Below, piece by piece: positions 38,929 through 46,012 of a stretch of 46,012 nucleotides of DNA. Under the pieces are notes generated by a model. The model searched no databases. It was not told the DNA's origin and saw nothing but the letters and a program-made list of their open reading frames with translations. The stretch comes from Actinomycetales bacterium (lineage in GTDB: Bacteria; Actinomycetota; Actinomycetes; Actinomycetales; CAVURS01), in the NCBI GenBank assembly GCA_045807245.1, contig JBJMHS010000031.1, forward strand, positions 1 to 46,012, written 5' to 3'. The position numbers and the translations under genes are program-made. The first letter of the stretch is position 1. Every line of letters starts with the position of its first letter.

Positions 38929-39706
38929 CTAGAAGGCCGGCGGCCCGGCCTCGACCCGGCGCCGAACGGCGGACAACCGGTAGAGGTCCTCACTCCACTG
39001 CAGCTGCCGCTCGTCCCACCACGTGCAGCCGGCGTCCAGCAGCGGCCCGAGCACATCCCGGGCGCGCGCCGGGTCGGGCGGAGTGACGCCCCCGAGAACC
39101 ACCTCGAACGGCCCCACCGCGTCAGGGCCACGCTGGCGACCGACGTAGCCCACCAGGTCGCGCACATCGTCGGCGGATGGGACCTCACCGTGACGCGCCC
39201 GCTCGAACAGCGGCACGACACCGTCCCAGCGCGCGGCGCGCCGCATCGGGCGCAGCCTTGGCCAGAACCCGCCGATCCAGACCGGCGGTCGCGGCCGCTG
39301 GACCGTCGCCGGCAGCAGAGTGACGTCGCGGACCGTGTAATGGCGGCCCTGATGGTTGACCGGCTCACCCGACCAGTAGCGCGCCCAGGCCGGCGCTGAA
39401 GATCATCCTGCCGCCGCTGAGCTGGTCCAGCGTGGCGACCTGGCGGGCCAGCTGTTCCGGTCGCCGTCGCGGCACGGGCGTGACCAGCGGGCCCAGTCGC
39501 AGCGTCGACGTGGCCAGAGAAGCCACCGTCAACAGGATCCACGGGTCGGCGAACGGCTGACCACGACGTCGTACCTTGTCGTGCACGACGTGGTCCCAGA
39601 CGAACAGGCCGTCCCAACCGGCCTGCTCAGCGGTTGCGGCCAGATCGGCGACCGCGCGCGGGTCGGCGAAGTCGCCGATGTTGGGGACGTTGACCGAGAA
39701 GCGCAC
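38929..39706 (-). pseudogene. LLM class flavin-dependent oxidoreductase, frameshifted by an apparent internal deletion near 39383
   Basis: The N-half (GWDGLFVWDH...LARQVATLDQLSGGRMIFSAGLG) stops at 39365. The C-half (RYWSGEPVNHQGRHY...PRPPVWIGG...RRAARWDG) continues in another frame to 38929. Confidence 0.8.
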
Positions 39707-39714
39707 TCTTCAGC

Positions 39715-40227
39715 CTAGAAGAGTCGGCTCGCCGCGAGCTCGGCCGGCGCCTCCAGGTCGAGCAGGAACGCCTTGCGCCGCAACCCTCCGGCGTACCCGG
39801 TGAGCGCCCCCTTGGCCCCCACGACCCGGTGGCAAGGGATGACGATCGAGAGGGGGTTGTGCCCCACGGCCTGGCCGACCCGCTGCGCGAGCGCGATGTC
39901 GCCCATTGCCTGGGCGAGCTCGCCGTACGTCGTCGTCGCGCCGTACGGAATGTCGCTCAGCCGGCGCCACACATCCTCCGAGAACGCGTCGCCGCTCGTC
40001 CTGGTCGGCACCGAGAAGGAGCTGCGCAGTCCCGCGATGTAGTCGCGCAGCTCGGTGGCCGCGCAAGCCAGCGTCTCGTCGTCCGACGCGTTCACGTACG
40101 AGCCCAGCTGGTCGTCAGTGGGCGGGTACCAGTGGCCTTCGAAGTAGACGCCCGTGAGGTACTCGCCCTCCGCCGTCAGCGTCAGCCGGCCCAGATCGGT
40201 GTCGGTTCGCGTGTGTCGCGCGCTCAT
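39715..40227 (-). CDS. ogt: Methylated-DNA--protein-cysteine S-methyltransferase
   Basis: IPYGATTTYGELA, NPLSIVIPCHRVVG active site, GYAGGL..K..LL.LE. Confidence 0.93.
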   Translation of the reverse strand: MSARHTRTDTDLGRLTLTAEGEYLTGVYFEGHWYPPTDDQLGSYVNASDDETLACAATELRDYIAGLRSSFSVPTRTSGDAFSEDVWRRLSDIPYGATTTYGELAQAMGDIALAQRVGQAVGHNPLSIVIPCHRVVGAKGALTGYAGGLRRKAFLLDLEAPAELAASRLF

Positions 40228-40400
40228 GCTCGTTGTCCTCTCCGCGCTCTCTCCACCTACTCAACGCGCGAACCCGCGGTGCTGTGAGCCGGCGGCACGT
40301 CCCGACACATCACTCCTCGTATACGCCGAATGAGCGAAAAGTAAACGCGTGCAGGCCATACTCGTTGATGCTGGGACGTCCCGACTCGCGGGGAGGTCGC

Positions 40401-42824
40401 GTGGCCCGACCGACGCAGCCCGCCACGCTGCCCTCCGGACCCGACAGCCCGCTCAGTAGTCCCCCCGCGTCGGTCGAGGACCCCGCCGGTGTCGACCGGC
40501 TCCTGCGTGGGGTCCGGTGGATCGCGGCCGTCTTGTGCGTCGTCCAGTTCAGCCTGTACTCGGCACCGCCGGGCGTCGACATCCCGTTCTCGCGCTGGTG
40601 GGGTGCCGTGCCGTCCGCCATGGTGGTCGCGGCCAACGTCGCCGGTCTGGTGCGCGCCCGCCGTGGAGTCCCGCAGACCAACCGGTGGTTCATGACGCAG
40701 CTGGTCTGGGACAGCCTGATCACCGCCGTCATCATCGGGATGTTCACCTTCGACGACACGAGCGCCTTGTGGGCGTTGCTCATCATCCCGGTGCTGGAGG
40801 CGGCGACCAGGGGTTGGCGCCGCCGGGCTCTCGTGACGTTCGGCGTCCTCTGTCTCGGCTACATCGCGCGGGAAGTCGTTGCCGCACAAGACTATTCGTA
40901 CAACAACGTGACGATCGACTCGGTCACCTACCGACTTGGTGTTCTTGGTCTGGTCGCGGTCACCGTGGCCGGCCTGGCCGGCCGGCTGACCCGTCAGATC
41001 CGCTCGACCGGCCAGGCCGAGCAGCTGGCCGAGCAGCTGCGTGGCGTTGCGGTCGCGGCCCGTCGGATGTCGAGCCTGGACCTTCCGACCGTCGTCGGTG
41101 AGGTCACCCACGCTGCCGAGCAGCTGGGGTTCACCGAGGTGGTTCTGGTGTCCCGCGACGGGTCCGTGCCCTCGTCCACCGCCGCGGACTCCTCGACAAC
41201 GGGCCGCGGCAGCAAGTGGTTCGACCGCGTGGTCTCAGCAGGTGACCGCACCGGCTACTCGATCCTCACAACGGCCGAGGCGGAGGAAGCCGGCGTCACT
41301 CTCCAGCCGCGTGAGGTGCTGGTCGCGGCCCCCGTGGCCAGCGCGGGTGCCGCCGACGCCGTTCTGCTGGGCCGCCACGACGGACCCGTGCCGTCGACCC
41401 AAGGTGAGGGGCTGGCGCTGCTGGCCACGCAGGCCAACGCTGCGATCGCCAACGCTCGGCGGTTCGAGGACGGGCGGGCCTTCGAGGCTCGTCTGGCGCA
41501 CGAGGCGACGCACGACCCCCTCACCGGGCTCCCCAACCGGGCGCTCCTGACCGACCGCGCGCACTCCGCCCTGGCCCGCAGCAAACGTCACGGCACGGTC
41601 GTCTCGGTGATCTTCATCGACCTCGACGGCTTCAAGGAGATCAACGACGTGCTCGGCCACGCGATGGGTGACGAGCTGCTGCGGGCCGTGGCCGCACGCC
41701 TGGTGATGCACCTGCGTCCTGAGGACACGTGCGCCCGTCTGGGCGGCGACGAGTTCGTCGTCCTCGCCGGCGACCAACCGGACGAGTCGTCAGCTTTGGC
41801 CCTGGCATCCCGGCTGCACGGCGCGCTCCACGAACCATTCGCGATCGGCGATCTCACGGTTGACGTCGAGGCCAGCATGGGAGTCTCCTGGGCGCCGCAC
41901 CATGCCAGGCAGGTCGAGTCGCTGCTCCACCGGGCGGACGTCGCGATGTACGCCGCCAAGGCGAACCGCGAGGGCGTCGCCGTCTATCACTCCGGGCAGG
42001 AACGGCACATCCCCACGCAGCTGAGCATGCTGGGCGACCTCCGCCGCGCCCTCGACGAACCGGGCCAGCTGTTCATCTGCTTCCAGCCGATGGTCACCCT
42101 GTCGACGGGACGCCTGCACAGTGTGGAAGCACTGCTGCGCTGGAAGCACCCGAGACGCGGCCTGGTGCCACCGGACGAGTTCATCCCGATCGCGGAGGGA
42201 ACGACCCTCATCCGTGACCTGACCGACCGCGTTCTGAGCGAGGCACTGGTGGGCTTGCAGCGCCTGCACAAGGAGGGCAGCGAGGTCGACCTGGCGGTCA
42301 ACCTCGCGCCGCGCACCCTGCTCGACCCGACGTTGCCCAACCGGGTGACCCGGCTGCTGGCGCAGCACCGGATCCCGCCGCAGTTCCTGCGACTAGAGCT
42401 CACGGAGCGCACCCTGCTGGCAGACCCGTCCCGGGCCATCGGCACGATGCAACGGCTGACCCATGCCGGTGTGCGGCTCTCGATCGACGACTTCGGCACC
42501 GGCTACTTCTCCATGAGCCACATCAAGCAGCTGCCGGTCGACCAGATCAAGATCGACCGGTCCTTCGTCACCGACATGCTCGAGTCGCGGCATGACAACG
42601 TCATGGTCCGGTCGCTGATCGAGCTGGCGCACTCGCTCGGCCTGCGCGTCGTCGCCGAGGGCGTGGAGGATGCGAAGACGCTGCAGGCGCTGTCCGATCT
42701 GGGGGCCGACCAGGCGCAGGGCTTCGTCATCGCCCGCCCGATGCCACTCGACGACCTGCTCACCTGGGCGGCCGAGCAACGACCGCGACCGACGTACCGG
42801 GCCTCGATGACGCCCCGGCACTGA
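40401..42824 (+). CDS. Membrane-bound diguanylate cyclase/phosphodiesterase (TM, GAF-like, GGDEF, EAL)
   Basis: About 5-6 transmembrane segments, HDPLTGLPNR, RPED I-site, RLGGDEF, VEALLRW, LELTE, IDDFGTG, KIDRSF, AEGVE. GTG start at 40401 follows GGAGG. Confidence 0.92.
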   Translation: MARPTQPATLPSGPDSPLSSPPASVEDPAGVDRLLRGVRWIAAVLCVVQFSLYSAPPGVDIPFSRWWGAVPSAMVVAANVAGLVRARRGVPQTNRWFMTQLVWDSLITAVIIGMFTFDDTSALWALLIIPVLEAATRGWRRRALVTFGVLCLGYIAREVVAAQDYSYNNVTIDSVTYRLGVLGLVAVTVAGLAGRLTRQIRSTGQAEQLAEQLRGVAVAARRMSSLDLPTVVGEVTHAAEQLGFTEVVLVSRDGSVPSSTAADSSTTGRGSKWFDRVVSAGDRTGYSILTTAEAEEAGVTLQPREVLVAAPVASAGAADAVLLGRHDGPVPSTQGEGLALLATQANAAIANARRFEDGRAFEARLAHEATHDPLTGLPNRALLTDRAHSALARSKRHGTVVSVIFIDLDGFKEINDVLGHAMGDELLRAVAARLVMHLRPEDTCARLGGDEFVVLAGDQPDESSALALASRLHGALHEPFAIGDLTVDVEASMGVSWAPHHARQVESLLHRADVAMYAAKANREGVAVYHSGQERHIPTQLSMLGDLRRALDEPGQLFICFQPMVTLSTGRLHSVEALLRWKHPRRGLVPPDEFIPIAEGTTLIRDLTDRVLSEALVGLQRLHKEGSEVDLAVNLAPRTLLDPTLPNRVTRLLAQHRIPPQFLRLELTERTLLADPSRAIGTMQRLTHAGVRLSIDDFGTGYFSMSHIKQLPVDQIKIDRSFVTDMLESRHDNVMVRSLIELAHSLGLRVVAEGVEDAKTLQALSDLGADQAQGFVIARPMPLDDLLTWAAEQRPRPTYRASMTPRH

Positions 42825-42833
42825 ACGCGTCGG

Positions 42834-43760
42834 TCAGGCCAGCAACGCCGCAGCCAGCTCCGCCAGCTCGTCACCCGGAAAGCGGCCGTCGGCCCTCAGC
42901 GGCTGTACGGCGACGTGGTCCGCACCCGCCGCGAGATGCTCCTCGACCCGCGACCGCACCCGTTCCACATCGCCCCACGCGACCAGCGCATCGACCAGCC
43001 GGTCACTGCCTCCCCCGCCGAAGTCCGCGTCCCCGAAACCGAGGCCCCGCCAGCTGTTCACGTAGTTCTCCAGTGCGAGGTACTCCTGGAGGTGCGCGCG
43101 AGCAGTCGCGCGGGCGGTCACGGCGTCGCTGTCCAGGACGACGCCGAGCTCGGGCGCGACAAGGGGCCGCGGTCCCAGGGCCTGGCGCACCGCGGCTGTG
43201 TGCTCCGGCGGCACCAAGTACGGGTGCACACCCTCGGCGTACTCCGCCGCCAACGCGACCATCGCCGGCCGGAGGGCGGCGACCAGCCAAGGCACGGGCG
43301 TGACGGGTGCCGGACCTTCGTCCGCCGAGCGGACCATGCCCTCGAGGTACGCCCGCATGGTCGCCAACGGCCGCTCGTACGACGCGTCGAACCGCGCGTG
43401 GCCGATCCCGACACCTAGGACGAACCGGCCGTCGTACGCCTCAGCCAACGTGTTGGCGCCGCGCACCGCCGTATCCGGTTCGCGCCGCCACACGTTCGCA
43501 ATGCCGGTCGCGACGGTCATGGTCGTGGTCACCGACAGGACGAGAGCGGCGTGCGCGAACGCTTCCTTCCGCGTCTCGTTCACCCACAGAGTCGAATACC
43601 CGAGCGCCTCCATCTGCTGGACCCGCTCGCGTTCCCGCGCCGCCGGCAGTGCTCCCAGGGCGCTCGACCAGACTCCGACCCGTCCCAGCCTGCGCCGGGC
43701 CAGGTCCAGGTCGACGATCGGCTCGGCTCGAGCCCCCGGTGGCCTGCCCCGATGCTCCAT
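42834..43760 (-). CDS. LLM class F420-dependent oxidoreductase (MSMEG_4141-like)
   Basis: LGRVGVW, VATGIANVW, GRFVLGVGIGH, AALRPAM, GVHPYLVPPEHT, HLAAGADHVAVQ. ATG 43760 lies 7 nt after GAGAAT; alternative start 43778. Confidence 0.85.
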   Translation of the reverse strand: MEHRGRPPGARAEPIVDLDLARRRLGRVGVWSSALGALPAARERERVQQMEALGYSTLWVNETRKEAFAHAALVLSVTTTMTVATGIANVWRREPDTAVRGANTLAEAYDGRFVLGVGIGHARFDASYERPLATMRAYLEGMVRSADEGPAPVTPVPWLVAALRPAMVALAAEYAEGVHPYLVPPEHTAAVRQALGPRPLVAPELGVVLDSDAVTARATARAHLQEYLALENYVNSWRGLGFGDADFGGGGSDRLVDALVAWGDVERVRSRVEEHLAAGADHVAVQPLRADGRFPGDELAELAAALLA

Positions 43761-43826
43761 TCCCACCATTCTCGACATGCGCCGTCAGGCCACCTCACCT
43801 AGCGTCTGAATCGGAGGTAGCCACTC

Positions 43827-44336
43827 ATGAAGACCGCAATCATCGTCGTGATCATCGCCGTTGTCGTGATCGCCGTGCTGTTGGCCTTGCTCCTTCCGGC
43901 GTCCCGCCGCCGGAAGGCGGAGCGCCGCCAGGCGCAGGCCGAGGAGCACCTGCGCGAGTCCGAACGGCGGAACCTGTCTTCGCAGCAGGCCCAAGCCGCG
44001 GCTGACGTCCAGGAGGCGCAGGCGCGCCAGGAGCAGATCGACGCGCAGCTGACTGCGACGCGCAACGCTCAGAACGCGCGCGACCTGCGCGCAGAGGCCG
44101 AGAAGGAGCAGTCCGCCGCGGCCGAGCACCGGGAGAAAGCCGCCAAGCTCGACCCTGACGTCCGCGACGTCGACCGCGGGGGCGATGCAGGCACCGACCC
44201 CGCCCTCGACGGCCGCGACGAGCGCACGACCGACCTGCGCGACGAGCCCACCAGCGACCTGCGCGGCGAGCGCACCAGCGACGTGCGCGACGAGCGCATC
44301 AGCGACCAAGCGTCGGCCAGCCGCACGGAGCGGTAG
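43827..44336 (+). CDS. Hypothetical membrane-anchored coiled-coil protein with C-terminal 8-aa repeats
   Basis: GGAGG Shine-Dalgarno, N-terminal hydrophobic anchor, A/E/Q/R-rich helix, RDERTTDL-like repeats. Confidence 0.75.
   Translation: MKTAIIVVIIAVVVIAVLLALLLPASRRRKAERRQAQAEEHLRESERRNLSSQQAQAAADVQEAQARQEQIDAQLTATRNAQNARDLRAEAEKEQSAAAEHREKAAKLDPDVRDVDRGGDAGTDPALDGRDERTTDLRDEPTSDLRGERTSDVRDERISDQASASRTER
44214..44306 (+). repeat. 24-bp in-frame tandem repeat, about 4 copies
   Basis: cgcgacgagcgcacgaccgacctg / cgcgacgagcccaccagcgacctg / cgcggcgagcgcaccagcgacgtg / cgcgacgagcgcatcagcgac. Confidence 0.8.
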
Positions 44337-44396
44337 GCGACGACCGGACGCTAGCCGCGCTCGACGCCCGACGCCCGACCAGCGCCGTCACCCGGG

Positions 44397-44420
44397 CATC
44401 CTGACTCACGAGTCAGGATG
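44397..44420. terminator. Perfect inverted repeat between convergent genes
   Basis: CATCCTGACTC-AC-GAGTCAGGATG. Confidence 0.5.
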
Positions 44421-44462
44421 GTCGGCAGCTGAGATTCGCCGTACCGCTCTGGGCGGCCCTCC

Positions 44463-45428
44463 TTACGAGCTTGCCCAGACCACGGTGACCACGATGGCGC
44501 CGAGCAGAGCCAAAGCCATCGCGAACCACCCCGCTGCGCGCAGCAGCTTGCCCTGCACCAGACGCTCAGCCCCTTGGAACAGCCCGGAGATGATCGCGAT
44601 GGCGATCGTGATGTGGAAGAGCAGGGCCAGACACAGCCCGGTGATGATTCCAGCGCGCCACCATCGGCCCCAGAACAAGCACAGCACTGCCGGCACGACG
44701 ACTGCGAAGACGCTGCCCGTCACCAGCTCCACCCAGAAGCCGCGGTGCCCCATCCAGGGCAGCATCGCCTTCTGCGACAGGAGGTCGACGCTGGCCATCG
44801 CGCCCAGGACCACGATGAGGCCGATCTCGACGGAGATGACGGGCCGGAACCACCACTTGTGCGGGCAGCGCCACAGGCTGGCCAACGTGACCGCCGTCCA
44901 CATGAGCCAACGCCGTACGACGGTCGTGCCGAGGTCCCGCATCCCGTCACGGAAGATCTGGTCGGCCTTCTCCCGAGAGATGTCGTGGTCGGCGATGTAC
45001 GTCTTGGCCTCGCCCGGTGCCAGGACCAGGCCGTCGTGGACCAGCGCGGCCGGCAGGTGCAGCCCCGACTTCGGGATCAGCCAGGTGAACCAGGAGGGCA
45101 CCGATGTCAGGTCGGTGCGGAACTTGGCCAGGTTGGCCGGGACGATGATGCCGCCCTCTTCGTTGTGCCAGTAGCCGATCGGCTTGAGCAGCTCGAACTC
45201 CTCGCGCCCGTTGTCCACCAGACGACGCAGCAGGACCTCGGCATCCCGATCCGGATCTGCTGGGTCGAAGAAGCCGCTCCGGCCGATGTGCGCCGGCTTG
45301 GTCATCGGAGGGACCAGTACGACGCCCTCGGTGTCGACCGGGTCATGCACGACAGCGGACGCGACGACCTCCTGGGGGGTCACCGTCGGACGCGCGTCGC
45401 TCCCGGGTTCGCTCGTCGTCCTCGCCAT
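44463..45428 (-). CDS. DUF1353 domain-containing membrane protein
   Basis: FRTDLTSVP..FTWLIP..G.H..AALVHD...R..ADQIFRDGM, then several transmembrane helices. ATG 45428 follows AGGAGG. Confidence 0.8.
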   Translation of the reverse strand: MARTTSEPGSDARPTVTPQEVVASAVVHDPVDTEGVVLVPPMTKPAHIGRSGFFDPADPDRDAEVLLRRLVDNGREEFELLKPIGYWHNEEGGIIVPANLAKFRTDLTSVPSWFTWLIPKSGLHLPAALVHDGLVLAPGEAKTYIADHDISREKADQIFRDGMRDLGTTVVRRWLMWTAVTLASLWRCPHKWWFRPVISVEIGLIVVLGAMASVDLLSQKAMLPWMGHRGFWVELVTGSVFAVVVPAVLCLFWGRWWRAGIITGLCLALLFHITIAIAIISGLFQGAERLVQGKLLRAAGWFAMALALLGAIVVTVVWASS

Positions 45429-45495
45429 CACAGCCTCCTGGCCGGCGCTCAGCCCCCCGTCGGACAAGAGCGTGACACGAGGGTGGCGATACCTG

Positions 45496-46012
45496 TTAGC
45501 CCTCGGTCCCGACACTCACCGGTTCGCCTGTGGCAGCGGCCGGTCTGGCGCCACGCGGCTTCGTGTGCCGGTCGGTGAGCACGCACAGCAGGGAGCCGAC
45601 GGCCATCGCGACGACCGGCAGGACCAAGGTCGGATGCATCGCGCGGACGTAGCCGTGCTGGAAGACCTGGGTGGCGATCTGCTGGATCCGAGCCGCGAGC
45701 TCGGCCGGCACACCCGTCGGGACCGCGGTCTGATGGGCTCCGACGTCGACGCCACCCTGAGCGGCCTTCGCGAACCCCGCGACGAAGCCGTCCCGCACGC
45801 TGGTCGGTAGCCCGGCCGAGCGCTTGACCGCCTCCTCGTGCAGGGTCGTCGACAGGCGAGCCTGGAGCAGAGCGCCCACGGCCGCGCTGCCGACCACCGA
45901 GCCGACCTGGCGGATCGTGTTGTTCACCCCGGACGCAGCCCCGGCCAGCATCGGCGGAACTCCACGCATGGCCTCCGTCGCCATCGGCGCCCAGATGCCA
46001 CCCATCCCCACC
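45496..46012 (-). CDS. DHA2-family MFS efflux transporter, C-terminal part (5' end beyond the window)
   Basis: AM..VP...AGAASGVNNTIRQVGSVVGSA motif, a long loop, then a final transmembrane helix. Confidence 0.85.
   Translation of the reverse strand, partial: VGMGGIWAPMATEAMRGVPPMLAGAASGVNNTIRQVGSVVGSAAVGALLQARLSTTLHEEAVKRSAGLPTSVRDGFVAGFAKAAQGGVDVGAHQTAVPTGVPAELAARIQQIATQVFQHGYVRAMHPTLVLPVVAMAVGSLLCVLTDRHTKPRGARPAAATGEPVSVGTEG

Overview
This 46 kb window comes from a high-GC actinomycete chromosome and has two distinct halves. Bases 1-24420 are the conserved actinobacterial block next to the Pup-proteasome locus: arc (partial), trmI, an M50 protease, a RecB-family nuclease behind an exact PafBC-type promoter, a stand-alone homocysteine S-methyltransferase, an ABC exporter, metH, PAC2, mshC, SCO1664/DUF3090/phosphomutase, corA, uppP, an LLM oxidoreductase, an aldo/keto reductase, DUF5703, an M20 peptidase, thpR and tRNA-Leu(GAG). 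Many of these genes look leaderless. Directly after the tRNA lies an accessory region. Its core is a co-oriented minus-strand cluster: REC-thioredoxin-reductase-like fusion, cNMP-domain histidine kinase, narK-narGHJI, an SQR-like flavoprotein, a single-Cys TusE/DsrC-like protein and a DsrE2-like protein. Both the narK and sqr promoters carry a DosR/DevR-like box exactly 24 nt from a -10 hexamer. The best candidate for an undescribed system is therefore a hypoxia-co-regulated module coupling sulfide oxidation and persulfide relay to nitrate respiration, next to a possible redox signalling pair. This is inference, not demonstrated. The remainder holds a methyltransferase, a deletion-frameshifted LLM pseudogene, ogt, a membrane GGDEF-EAL protein, another LLM, a repeat-bearing membrane protein, DUF1353 and a partial MFS transporter. 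No integrase, transposase or CRISPR array was seen. All family calls come from motif recognition by eye; no searches were run.
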